Assembly (NCBI GenBank): GCA_963663765.2
Contig: CAXXUA010000011.1
Coordinates: forward strand, 32,001-96,000
DNA length: 64,000 bases
Reading direction: 5' to 3'
Source of the DNA: Candidatus Poribacteria bacterium
GTDB taxonomy: Bacteria; Poribacteria; WGA-4E; WGA-3G
Part shown: piece after piece, positions 1 to 9,700 of the stretch
Numbering within the stretch: the first letter of the stretch is position 1
Layout of the letters: every line of letters begins with the position of its first letter
Position numbers and translations under genes: made by a program
Notes under the pieces: generated by a model
What the model was told of the DNA's origin: nothing
Seen by the model: only the letters and a program-made list of their open reading frames with translations
The model's database searches: none

Positions 1-13
1 TCGCTTGTACGCA

Positions 14-1159
14 TTAAGATGAAAGAAGTTTGCCAATTGTATCAATCACGGTATGAATGTCATTTTCAGTTAACCCGGGATGAAGAGGCAGACTCACGAC
101 ACGTTCAAAAACGCTTTCTGCATTTGGAAAATCTCCGATCCTATAACCATATTGCTTCTGATAATAATCAAAGAGGTGGAGTGGGATATAGTGGACACTA
201 CATTCAATGTTTTCTTCGCGCATAGAATCAACGAAAGCATCACGGTCACCGTTTTGAAGTTGAATCATATAAAGATGCCAAGAGTGCTCTGCAGGATTAT
301 TTGGGACAGTGGGTGTCTTAATTTGAGGTATTTTTTTCAACTCTGTTTGATATATGTGTGCGAAGTTTTGCCGGCGTTCTTGCTGTTTGTTCAATTTCAT
401 GAGTTGACATAATCCCATGGCTGCTTGAATGTCAGTCATGTTGTATTTATAGCCTTCTGTTGTAATGTCATATCTCCACATAGTGCGTTTAGATTGGCGT
501 GCCCATGCGTCTTTGTCAATTCCGTGTAGTCGCATTGTTTGTAGAGGTTTTGCGAATGTGTCGTTATTGGTCGTAATCATTCCTCCTTCGCCGGTGGTTA
601 GGTTTTTGTTTGCATAGAAACTAAAAGCGGACAGGTCTCCGAGAGTGCCTATGAAATGACCTTTATATTGCGTTGGAATGGCATGAGCGGCATCATCAAT
701 TAGTATCAGTTTGTTTGTATCACATATTTCACGTAATGTATCCATATCACAAGGAAATCCAGCGATGTGGACAGGCATGATGGCTTTTGTTTTTGGGGTA
801 ATCATTTGTTCTATTTTATTGACGTCAATGTTAAGTGTCTCAGGACAGATGTCAACAAAAACAGGTCTTGCTCCTACGTATCGGATGGCTTCTGCGGTTG
901 CTGTGAAGGTGTAGGGTGTTGTGATTACCTCATCACCGACACCGATTCCCGTAACAACAAGACTAAGATGTAGAGCTGCGGTGCATGAACTGACAGCGAT
1001 TGCATGTTTGACTCCCAGATATTCTGCAAAAGCGCGTTCAAACTCACGTACTCTCCCACCAGTACTGATCCATTTAGATTCAAGGACTTGACTAACTGCA
1101 TCTATTTCGGTTTCGTCAATCCACGGACGACTAAAGGGTATAAAAGGTTTTTGTTCCAC
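14..1159 (-). CDS. DegT/DnrJ/EryC1/StrS family PLP-dependent aminotransferase
   Basis: Motifs AVSSCTAALHL, IDDAAHA, FSFYANKNLTTGEGG (PLP lysine), GYKYNMTDIQAA. Confidence 0.93.
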   Translation of the reverse strand: MEQKPFIPFSRPWIDETEIDAVSQVLESKWISTGGRVREFERAFAEYLGVKHAIAVSSCTAALHLSLVVTGIGVGDEVITTPYTFTATAEAIRYVGARPVFVDICPETLNIDVNKIEQMITPKTKAIMPVHIAGFPCDMDTLREICDTNKLILIDDAAHAIPTQYKGHFIGTLGDLSAFSFYANKNLTTGEGGMITTNNDTFAKPLQTMRLHGIDKDAWARQSKRTMWRYDITTEGYKYNMTDIQAAMGLCQLMKLNKQQERRQNFAHIYQTELKKIPQIKTPTVPNNPAEHSWHLYMIQLQNGDRDAFVDSMREENIECSVHYIPLHLFDYYQKQYGYRIGDFPNAESVFERVVSLPLHPGLTENDIHTVIDTIGKLLSS

Positions 1160-1179
1160 AAATGCATCCTTTTGAATTA

Positions 1180-1641
1180 CTATTCTAAATTTTCTAGTGT
1201 ATTTGGACCGAGAATATGTATCATTGCTTGTAGTCCCAAGATGTAACTATAAGCGCCAAAACCGCTGACGACCCCTGCTGCAACTCCTGATATATGTGAA
1301 TGATGACGGAATTCTTCACGTGCATATATATTGGAAAGATGTATCTCAACTACCGGGACTCCAACTGTGGATAGGGCATCACGTATTGCAATGCTGGTAT
1401 GCGTATAGGCTGCCGGATTTATCATAATACCGTCTGCCCACTCTATGTGGTCACCGATGATAGACACTAACTCACCTTCATGGTTTGATTGTTTGATTTT
1501 AAGTACAACATTTACAGATGATGATGCGACAAACTGGTCAAGAGCGGCGTTTATATCGTTCAATGTCTGGTGTCCGTAAATCTCTGGTTGGCGTTTCCCC
1601 AGTAGATTTAGGTTCGGTCCGTGTAGGACAAGGATATTCAT
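1180..1641 (-). CDS. aroQ: Type II 3-dehydroquinate dehydratase
   Basis: HGPNLNLLGKRQPEIYG, QSNHEG, NPAAYTHTSIAIRDA, EIHLSNIYAREEFRH. Confidence 0.97.
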   Translation of the reverse strand: MNILVLHGPNLNLLGKRQPEIYGHQTLNDINAALDQFVASSSVNVVLKIKQSNHEGELVSIIGDHIEWADGIMINPAAYTHTSIAIRDALSTVGVPVVEIHLSNIYAREEFRHHSHISGVAAGVVSGFGAYSYILGLQAMIHILGPNTLENLE

Positions 1642-1798
1642 ACAACTATTTCCTTATAAGTGTGTCATCATCAGCAATGCGTTTTTGTTTTTTCATAAGA
1701 AATCCGCGTTTGCATTTTATTAGAAATACGTTTTTAAATCAATAGGAAATGATGGGATTGTGGGATGGGTGTGTAAAGTTTTTGCACAGAGGTACTAA

Positions 1799-1952
1799 TA
1801 CCAATTCAAATAAATCTTGTCTCATTAAGGAATTCTACTGTTTACTGGCAGGGGGTTATTCTCTTCGGTAGGAGCGACCTCCCGGTCGCGACCGGGAGGT
1901 CGCTCCTACCAGATTTCCGCTGCTAATGAGACATTATCACATGAAAATGGTA
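1799..1952 (+). mobile_element. 154-bp MITE (copy 1) with central 44-bp perfect palindrome
   Basis: Ends TACCA...TGGTA, flanked by TAA on both sides; copies at 31341-31494 and 53889-54042; empty site at 53111-53140. Confidence 0.85.
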
Positions 1953-2250
1953 TAACTTTTGTTCTCTTTAGTCCCGTAGGGACGCAATGTTTATAGAAAG
2001 ACGTTATCACATCCCCTCTATTTAGTTCCGTAGGAACGACATAGAAGGATAAACATATCGTTCCTACCAAATCAACGCCAAATGCGCGTATGGCATTTGT
2101 CGGGACTGAAAAGACCTGGGGATTTGTATTTCTATAAACATATCGTCCCTACGGGACTGAAGAATATGGTTAATATTAACAATATTTCTTTATATTGACA
2201 CCTAATGAAGTTTGACAATCACAATCAGTAGTTGAATTCGTAGGGGTTGG
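1953..2250. repeat. Dispersed repeat of TTAGTCCCGTAGGGACG hairpin units (REP-like cluster)
   Basis: Near-identical to 53124-53390; same units at 12177-12250 and 58005-58165. Confidence 0.75.
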
Positions 2251-2634
2251 GGTGTGGAATCACGGAGGACGCGGAAGACGCGGAGAAGACAATTTGTCTG
2301 AACCAGGATTTACATGATTTTCTGATTTTCAGGATTAACTTCATCAAGATTATTGAATCGTGCATTTCGCGTCATACATGATACAGAAATCGGGGTTGAA
2401 AACCCCTCCCACAAGAGGGTGGGTGCGGACTCGCGGAGGTATGCGGAGAAGACATTTTGTCTGAACCAGGATGGACAAATCAAGAAATCAACGGTATGAA
2501 TGCTATTTAGCATTCCCCGGGTATGAATGCCTTATGGCATTCCCCGGGATTTTCTGATTTTCAGGATTAACTTCATCAAGGTTTTTGATGTGTACATTTC
2601 GCGTCATTCATGATACAGAAATCAGGGTTGAAAA

Positions 2635-2785
2635 ACCCTCCCACAAGAGAGACCCTCTCACAAGAGAGACCCTCCCACAAGAGAGACCCTCCCACAAGAG
2701 AGACCCTCCCACAAGAGAGACCCTCCCACAAGAGAGACCCTCCCACAAGAGAGACCCTCCCACAAGAGAGACCCTCCTACAAGAG
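2635..2785. repeat. Tandem repeat of 17-bp unit ACCCTCCCACAAGAGAG, about 9 copies
   Basis: Units at 17-bp intervals from 2635; amplified tail of the REP AAATCGGGGTTGAAAACCCCTCCCACAAGAG also seen near 2387, 49561, 53788. Confidence 0.92.
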
Positions 2786-2820
2786 GGTCTCATACGGGAA
2801 GGTGAGCGTGGATAGAGTGA

Positions 2821-3888
2821 TTATCTTTTTCGTGTTTGCCCTTCAAAGGGGGTACGTAGATCATACCGTCCTTCTTCAAGGACAGGGAGCGTTCCGTCAT
2901 TGACCATTAATTCCAAGGGTAATTCCTTGGTTTCAAGCGGCATATTTACGACATCCTTTATGCGTAGGGATTCGTAGATTGCCATCATGATTTCAATGGT
3001 ATACCGTGCTTGTTCGCCTCTACCCCTGTGTGTTGGTATTTTGCCTTCAATCCATTCGATTAGTTCTTGAAACTGGTTCTTTGGTTCTGGGGGAGGTTTT
3101 ATCGTTTGCCATCCTTTAGCGTCATTGTTTTGAAGTAGGACTGTTCCATTTTCACCGTTTCGGATTTGTCCTTCTGTTCCTGCTATAGTTGGGTGGGGAA
3201 CGGATGGGTCAGGTAAATCCCCTTCATAGATAGCCCGCGCGCCCCCTTCGAAGCAGACGAATCCCATACAGAGGTCTTCACAGATGGTGCGGCGTTCCCA
3301 CCGATCTGTTGTTCGTGATGTTTGTCCGATTACCCAAAGAGTTTCAGGGTCGGAGAGGATGAAACGCCATCCATCAATTGCGTGCGTGCCGGTGTTGAGT
3401 AGTCCCGCATGCGGTTTTGCACGATGGTGGAGTGTTGTCGGTTTTCCGATTGCCCCTGCAGCGACAAGCCTACGGATTTCTATGTTTACTGGACTATATC
3501 TGCGTTGATGTCCAATAACAAGTTTGACATTGTTCTGTTCGCAAGCATTGAGCATATCGTCAGCTTGTCCGAGAGAAGCTGCCATGGGTTTTTCACCGAG
3601 GATACCCTTAAGACCGGCATTTGCGGCAGCGACTGTGGCTTCTGCACGTGGTCCTTGCCATGTTGTGATACTGACGATGTCCAAATCTTCTTTTGCTAAC
3701 ATATCATGAACATCTGTATAAACTGCGGGAATATTGAATTCATCAGCTAATCGTTTTGCGGATTCTTCATAGATGTCCATTGCTGCGACGACATCAACAT
3801 TTGGTTGTTTTTGCCAGTTTCTTGAATGTGACCTTCCCGTACCACCGCAGCCAATGATTCCGACACGATATGATTTATCGGTTGCCAT
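2821..3888 (-). CDS. Gfo/Idh/MocA family oxidoreductase
   Basis: Rossmann VGIIGCGGTG, EKPMA motif, GHQRRY. Confidence 0.9.
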   Translation of the reverse strand: MATDKSYRVGIIGCGGTGRSHSRNWQKQPNVDVVAAMDIYEESAKRLADEFNIPAVYTDVHDMLAKEDLDIVSITTWQGPRAEATVAAANAGLKGILGEKPMAASLGQADDMLNACEQNNVKLVIGHQRRYSPVNIEIRRLVAAGAIGKPTTLHHRAKPHAGLLNTGTHAIDGWRFILSDPETLWVIGQTSRTTDRWERRTICEDLCMGFVCFEGGARAIYEGDLPDPSVPHPTIAGTEGQIRNGENGTVLLQNNDAKGWQTIKPPPEPKNQFQELIEWIEGKIPTHRGRGEQARYTIEIMMAIYESLRIKDVVNMPLETKELPLELMVNDGTLPVLEEGRYDLRTPFEGQTRKR

Positions 3889-3933
3889 AATCTTGAATTC
3901 CTTTGCTTTTGGTTGGATATTTCAGAATTATTA

Positions 3934-4698
3934 TTACGATAACCCCATTGCTTGTAAGTTTTTGAGACTGATACCCAGACTTTCAAATGGATCTCGTTCA
4001 TAACATGAATCTTGTTCAATTATGTACCATTCCACTTCTGCGTATTCACAAGCTTCTATTATAGCTGTCCAATTTAGGTTGCCTTCACCGACTTCTGCGT
4101 ATCTTTGTGAGTTGCCTTTGACTGCCATATCTTTTAGATGTACGATATGTGCGCGTCCTTTTAGTTTGCGGATCCAGTCTGCGGGATCACCGCCACCATG
4201 TTGAATCCAATAGGTATCAATTTCACTGTTGAAATACTTTGGATCGCTTTCCTCATATAAAATCTGTAGTCCGGTGCGATCCCCAAAGCGTTCCAGTTCA
4301 AAACTGTGGTTGTGATAGGAGAAGGTTAATCCGCCTTCAGCGAGGCGTTCACCGACTTCAGAAGCTTCATTTGCAAACTTTGCGTATCCTTCTTCAGTGC
4401 GATATTCACCGGGAAGACCACCGATTGCTGCATGTTTACATCCCCACAATTGATGTTCATCTATGACTGCCTGTGGTTCGTCTTTCATGCGTGCATAACT
4501 GGAGTGTGTAGCACAGATCGTGATACATTCATTGTCAATAATGTTTTTGAGTGCTTTCGGTTCAATCGGACCGAGGGCAGAACATTGAACGGCATCATAG
4601 CCGAGTTGTTTAACCTTTTTCATTGTTTCAGCGATTTCCGATTCAGTTTTTGTAAATTGTCTAAGTGTATAGAGTTGAGCGGCGAGTTGTGTTGCCAT
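3934..4698 (-). CDS. Sugar phosphate isomerase/epimerase (xylose isomerase-like TIM barrel)
   Basis: QLYTLR, YHNHSFE, EIDTYW, HLKD, EVGEGNLNW, IEQD. Confidence 0.9.
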   Translation of the reverse strand: MATQLAAQLYTLRQFTKTESEIAETMKKVKQLGYDAVQCSALGPIEPKALKNIIDNECITICATHSSYARMKDEPQAVIDEHQLWGCKHAAIGGLPGEYRTEEGYAKFANEASEVGERLAEGGLTFSYHNHSFELERFGDRTGLQILYEESDPKYFNSEIDTYWIQHGGGDPADWIRKLKGRAHIVHLKDMAVKGNSQRYAEVGEGNLNWTAIIEACEYAEVEWYIIEQDSCYERDPFESLGISLKNLQAMGLS

Positions 4699-4884
4699 TA
4701 TTTCTCCTTAGATAAAAGATGATTGTATTGTGATAGTATACAAATAAAGACAGTTGATGTCAATACGATATTTTTCGTAAAATCTGAAATTATCTTTTCC
4801 TGCTGTAGCGTCCATTTTCAGTATGCGCAAATACGAGTTAAACTAAAAGCTTGTGTTACTATGTAGCAACTCGGTTTACTTTAA

Positions 4885-5228
4885 CAATACCTTCGCCAAT
4901 TATAGACATTCTTCCAGATTGTGCGGTCAGTTGTAGCACATTCTGCCAGATTGTGCGGTCAGTTGTAGCACATTCTTCCAGATTGTGCGTGTAGTTGTAG
5001 CACATTCTTCCAGATTGTGCGTGTAGTTGTAGCACATTCTTCCAGATTGTGCAAATAAATTATTCTGTCAGATTCTATCGTCAAATTAGACGCTATGATA
5101 ATTAAAAATACTTCAACGAAAACCTGAAGTTATTTTTATTTATGTAATCCTAACAATATCACAGAGCAATGGTAGATCAACACTATATACTCATTCAACT
5201 GAAGCACTCAAAAATGGCGAAGGTATTG
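4885..5228. mobile_element. 344-bp MITE with 14-bp terminal inverted repeats and 6-bp target duplication
   Basis: CAATACCTTCGCCA ... TGGCGAAGGTATTG; CTTTAA at 4879-4884 and 5229-5234; no ORF. Confidence 0.8.
4906..5052. repeat. Tandem repeat of a 32-bp unit, about 4.6 copies, inside the MITE
   Basis: GTAGCACATTCTTCCAGATTGTGC plus an 8-nt linker; related to the hairpin GTAGCACAATCTGTTAGATTGTGCTAC at about 17087. Confidence 0.88.
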
Positions 5229-5609
5229 CTTTAAGAAACCTATGTATGAATGTGTGTTTAATTGGCAATTGAATACTTCTTACATACTGCGGGATATTGA
5301 GTTTACCCCATTTTACCCGTTTTATGAGAAAATCGCGTCTGGGAAATCAACGGTATGAATGCCTTATGATGATTAATTTATTAATTCGGAAATAAATTTT
5401 TCTCACACAGCATGCGGAGAATGACTAAATGGCATTCCCCGGGTTGCTCCTAAGGGGGTTTTCATTTTGAATTATTCAATCATTAGGAAAACTGAATAAC
5501 CCTAGTCATACTACAAAACCTGTTGACAAATTCTAACATTATTTGTAGAATAAATTATTCACAAATAGGGTTTTACAGAATGTTTTATGTAGAGAGAAAG
5601 GAGGAGGAT

Positions 5610-6512
5610 ATGGCAAACTCAGACTATAGAATAGGGTTTGTGGGTGTAGGTAGGATGGGTGCAAACATTGCTCGACACCTAAATGACGAAGGTTTTACAG
5701 TTGTCGCTGTTTACGATGTCGCGAGTGATAGAGCAAAGGAATTGGCAACAGAACTTGAGGCGACAGCAGCAGATAAATTAGTACTGGTTACTGAACTTGC
5801 AGATTACATTATCACTGTTGTAACGGATGACGATGCAATGCGTAAGATTTATTCGGAAAGTGCGGATGACAGTTTATTAAAAGGTGCATCTGGTAAAGTG
5901 TTTATCAACTGTGCAACAATTAGTCCACAAGTACATGTTGATATTGAAGACCTTGCTGTTAAACATGGTGCGGAAAGTCTTGAAGGCTGTATGGCAAGCA
6001 GCATCACGCAAGCGCTGGAAGGGACACTTTACCTTATGTGTGGTGGCAAAAAAGCGACTTTTGACAAAGTTCACGATATATTAGACTCAATGAGTGTTTC
6101 TTTAAGCTATATTGGCGAAGCAGGTAAGGCAGCCAAAGTAAAAGCGTTGGTAAATATGGTGATGAATATTAACACTGCTGGATTAGCCGAAGGTTTAGGA
6201 TTGGGAGCTGCATTGGGATTGGATCTGGAGATGTTGCAAGAAGTTTTTGCTCAAACCGGTGCGAATTCTCGCGTATTAGAGACGGATGGTGAAGATATGC
6301 AAATACGAGATCACGAATGCTATTTTTCGGCAGCACACGCATCAAAGGATTCTGGTATCGCGCTTGACCTTGCAAATGATCAGGGAATTAGTCTACCACT
6401 TGCACAAGCTACAAAAGACCAATATGACCGTATGATTGAACTTGGTTTAGGGGATTTAGATAAGTCCGGTGTTGCAGAACTGACTTTCCCAGGACGTGGC
6501 AAGAACAAATAA
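5610..6512 (+). CDS. NAD(P)-dependent oxidoreductase, 3-hydroxyisobutyrate dehydrogenase family
   Basis: IGFVGVGRMG, NCATISP, GTLYLMCGG, KALVN; ATG 5610 follows strong SD GGAGGAGG (ORF track starts at 5523). Confidence 0.9.
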   Translation: MANSDYRIGFVGVGRMGANIARHLNDEGFTVVAVYDVASDRAKELATELEATAADKLVLVTELADYIITVVTDDDAMRKIYSESADDSLLKGASGKVFINCATISPQVHVDIEDLAVKHGAESLEGCMASSITQALEGTLYLMCGGKKATFDKVHDILDSMSVSLSYIGEAGKAAKVKALVNMVMNINTAGLAEGLGLGAALGLDLEMLQEVFAQTGANSRVLETDGEDMQIRDHECYFSAAHASKDSGIALDLANDQGISLPLAQATKDQYDRMIELGLGDLDKSGVAELTFPGRGKNK

Positions 6513-6575
6513 CTCCTTTTTGCAATGGGAACTGATGTGATTCTTACTTTGAAGAGTCGCGAAAGAACACGATGA

Positions 6576-7319
6576 ATGTCAAAAAAAACAGTAAATAAAT
6601 CCATCAAAGGAGTGATACTTGCGGGGGGATTAGGTACTCGTTTGTACCCTCTCACAAAGGTTACAAGCAAACATCTTCTGCCTGTAGGCAATGAACCGAT
6701 GATTTTCCACACAATCAAGCAGCTTGTGGATGCGGGAATCAGGGATATTCTTATTGTAACTAACCCAGAATATGTCTCGGATTTTGTGAAGGCACTTGGT
6801 AGTGGAAATGACTTTGACTGTGATTTTACATATCGGGTGCAAGAAGAAGCGAAAGGTATTGCACATGCGCTTGCCTTAGCAGAAGGATTCGCAGCCGGTG
6901 GTCGCACCGTTGTCTTATTGGCAGACAATATTTTTCAGGAGTCCATCAAACATGTTGTTTCCGATTTTCACAAACAACAGTCTGGTGCGCGCGTCCTTTT
7001 AAAACAGGTTGATGACCCTGAACGATTCGGAGTAGCAGCATTAGATGAAAACCGAATTGTATCTATTGAAGAGAAACCGCAGCAACCTAAGAGTAATTAT
7101 GCGGTCGTAGGTGTTTACCTATATGATTGTACCGTTTTTGAGATAATTAAGACTATCCACCCATCACCTCGCGGAGAGTATGAAATAACTGCTGTCAACA
7201 ATGTGTATCTTGATCGTGGTAAGCTTGAATACAGCATTTTACAAGGGGATTGGGTTGATGCTGGCACTTTTGACTCACTCACTAAAGCACACCAAATGAT
7301 TCTAAATCGGAAGGAGTAG
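6576..7319 (+). CDS. rfbA: Glucose-1-phosphate thymidylyltransferase (short form) / sugar-phosphate nucleotidyltransferase
   Basis: KGVILAGGLGTRLYPLT..SKHLLPV, EEKP, PSPRGEYEIT, WVDAGT. Confidence 0.8.
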   Translation: MSKKTVNKSIKGVILAGGLGTRLYPLTKVTSKHLLPVGNEPMIFHTIKQLVDAGIRDILIVTNPEYVSDFVKALGSGNDFDCDFTYRVQEEAKGIAHALALAEGFAAGGRTVVLLADNIFQESIKHVVSDFHKQQSGARVLLKQVDDPERFGVAALDENRIVSIEEKPQQPKSNYAVVGVYLYDCTVFEIIKTIHPSPRGEYEITAVNNVYLDRGKLEYSILQGDWVDAGTFDSLTKAHQMILNRKE

Positions 7320-7321
7320 CA

Positions 7322-8536
7322 TTGAACGCTACAGAGCAACCTTATGTGTCCATAGTTGTACCAGTCTACAACGAGGAGGAGAATGTCCGCCCGCTCTATG
7401 AGAAAATACGGGATGTTTGTGATAGTATTGGAAAGACCTACGAAGTGCTGTTTGTTGATGATGGGAGTCAAGATAAGACTTTTGAAGTCCTTACAGAAAT
7501 GCGAGAGACATCCACCAATTTGTCTGTAATACGTTTTCAAGAGAACGCTGGACAGACAGCTGCGATGGCAGCAGGATTTAAGTTTTCGCGTGGTGAACGG
7601 ATTATTAGTATGGATGGTGATTTACAGAATGACCCTGCTGATATCCCTCATTTACTTGACAAACTTGAGGAAGATTACGATTTGGTATGTGGTTGGCGGA
7701 AAGAACGTCAAGATAAGTTTTGGTCGCGTCGTGTGCCTTCAGTCGTAGCAAATTGGATAATTGGTAAGGTGACAGGCGTTACAATCCATGATAACGGTTG
7801 TTCATTAAAAGCCTATCGTTCAGAAGTAATCAAGCAGGTTCCGCTTTATGGTGAGATGCATCGGTTTATTCCTGCGATGACGACTGTGGTCGGTGCACGT
7901 ATTGCAGAAATTGTTGTCCAACATCACCCACGTATTTTTGGTACAAGTAAATATGGTCTTGGTAGAATTTGGCGAGTCATCCTTGATATCCTTGCATTTA
8001 AACTGATACTGACAATTTTTGCAAGCAGATCGAATTCGGATAGTATCACTTCTACAGATCAGACATATCGCAACAGAATGAATCCAAAGTTAAATGTTTA
8101 CCGCATTACTGCTTTTTCAAGTCTTCTTTTTATTCTCATAGGTTCACTTTTGATCAATGTTTCAAGCATTGCTGCATTGAGTTGTATTGGTTTAGGTATA
8201 TCGTTCATTTTCATTGGTTTGATGACTGGTTTCACACTTACTATAGCGCAGCGGGATACTGTGGAATTAAGTGCGCTTGCGCGATTTTTTGTTTTTCGTT
8301 GTGCAAAAAGACCTGTACGTTGTTTTGGTCCCTTTGGTGCCTTACTATTAATTATTGGATTTATTCTGATATTCGGTTTTTTGGATATTGGTATTATCCT
8401 CATGTGTTTAGGGACTCTGATATTCTATTTTGGTCTATTTGGGGAAACGATTGTGTATGCTAATGCGAAGCGGGTAATAGATTATAAAGTAGAGATTTTT
8501 TTGGATGCGAAAAGAGATGTCAAACGTGTTGAATAA
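7322..8536 (+). CDS. GT2 glycosyltransferase (DPM-synthase/ArnC-like) with C-terminal membrane segments
   Basis: SIVVPVYNEEE, VDDGSQD, MDGDLQNDP, YGEMHRFIP; TTG start after AAGGAG. Confidence 0.9.
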   Translation: MNATEQPYVSIVVPVYNEEENVRPLYEKIRDVCDSIGKTYEVLFVDDGSQDKTFEVLTEMRETSTNLSVIRFQENAGQTAAMAAGFKFSRGERIISMDGDLQNDPADIPHLLDKLEEDYDLVCGWRKERQDKFWSRRVPSVVANWIIGKVTGVTIHDNGCSLKAYRSEVIKQVPLYGEMHRFIPAMTTVVGARIAEIVVQHHPRIFGTSKYGLGRIWRVILDILAFKLILTIFASRSNSDSITSTDQTYRNRMNPKLNVYRITAFSSLLFILIGSLLINVSSIAALSCIGLGISFIFIGLMTGFTLTIAQRDTVELSALARFFVFRCAKRPVRCFGPFGALLLIIGFILIFGFLDIGIILMCLGTLIFYFGLFGETIVYANAKRVIDYKVEIFLDAKRDVKRVE

Positions 8537-9665
8537 CAATATTGAAAACTGGCGAACCGAGTTTCCAGTTACAGAATCTTTCATTTATATGAACCACGCA
8601 GGAGTTGCCCCGTTGTCTAATAGAGTTAGGGATGCGATGGTTGCATTTGTAAATGATGCTACTGTCAACGGCGCAGTTCATGTGGACACTTGGGTGGAGA
8701 TGGCTGAGTTGTGTCGTTCTAATGCGGCGCAACTTATCAACGCAGATGCAACAGAGGTTGCGTTTATGAAAAACACTACACAGGGGATTCTCATCGCTGC
8801 GAATGGAATAGATTGGAACGAAGGTGATAATGTAGTAACAACCTCGGTGGAGTTTCCAGCAAATGTATATCCATGGTGGAGTTTGAAGGCACGGTATGGT
8901 GTTGAAACTCGGATGGTACCTGAACGAGAAGGTCTTATCCTAATTGAGGATCTTGCTGCTGCTATAGACGAAAAAACACGAGTTGTTACAATTAGTCATG
9001 TAGAATTTGCATCCGGTTTCAGAAATAACATCAAGGAAATAGGTAAGATATGTCGTGAGCGAGATATCTGGTTTGTCGTAGATGCTATTCAGAGTCTCGG
9101 TGCTATTGAAGTGGATGTAAAATCAAGTTATGTTGACATACTTGCAGCAGATGGGCATAAGTGGTTGTTGGCGCCAGAAGGTGCAGCGATTTTCTATTGT
9201 GATAAAGAGAAACTGGAGCGATTGATTAATACCAATATCGGTTGGGCAAGTGTTGTGAATCCGCGTGATTTTCTGAACTACGATCTTACACAAAAACCTG
9301 ATGCAACACGTTTTGAAGAAGGTTCATACAACAGTGTCGGGTTGTATGGACTAAATGCAGCGATTAGTTTATTGATTGAAGTTGGTATATCACAAATTGA
9401 GACACAAATCCTTCATCTTACATCACAATTAATTGATGGGTTGTTGTCAAAAGGTTATCAGGTGAATACACCACTTGAACATTCTGAACGCGCAGGGATT
9501 GTGGTATTTGAAAGTAATCAGTACACACCGGTAGAACTATTTGAGATGTTGCACAAACATAATATTATTACTGCAGAACGTGGAAGTGGCGTTAGAGTAT
9601 CGCCGCATTTTTATAACGCTGAATCAGAAATAGCTCAACTCTTGGATGTCTTACCTGCCACATAA
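8517..9665 (+). CDS. Class V PLP aminotransferase / cysteine desulfurase-like
   Basis: YMNHAGVAP, EFPANVYPW, VDAIQSLG, GHKWLL, RFEEGS, RVSPHFYN; start 8517 or 8505. Confidence 0.88.
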   Translation: MSNVLNNNIENWRTEFPVTESFIYMNHAGVAPLSNRVRDAMVAFVNDATVNGAVHVDTWVEMAELCRSNAAQLINADATEVAFMKNTTQGILIAANGIDWNEGDNVVTTSVEFPANVYPWWSLKARYGVETRMVPEREGLILIEDLAAAIDEKTRVVTISHVEFASGFRNNIKEIGKICRERDIWFVVDAIQSLGAIEVDVKSSYVDILAADGHKWLLAPEGAAIFYCDKEKLERLINTNIGWASVVNPRDFLNYDLTQKPDATRFEEGSYNSVGLYGLNAAISLLIEVGISQIETQILHLTSQLIDGLLSKGYQVNTPLEHSERAGIVVFESNQYTPVELFEMLHKHNIITAERGSGVRVSPHFYNAESEIAQLLDVLPAT

Positions 9666-9700
9666 AAGATGTCAATACATAGTTTAACGACTTGCGCTAG

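Noticed and set aside
2585-2903. Repetitive ORFs (RETLPQERPSHKRDPP)
   Set aside because: Translations of the 17-bp tandem repeat.
4906-5052. Possible mini-CRISPR with 24-bp repeats
   Set aside because: Linkers are only 8 nt and are themselves repeated.
5523-5609. Longer N-terminus of the oxidoreductase ORF
   Set aside because: The TTG at 5523 lies in a TTGACA box; the strong SD supports ATG 5610.
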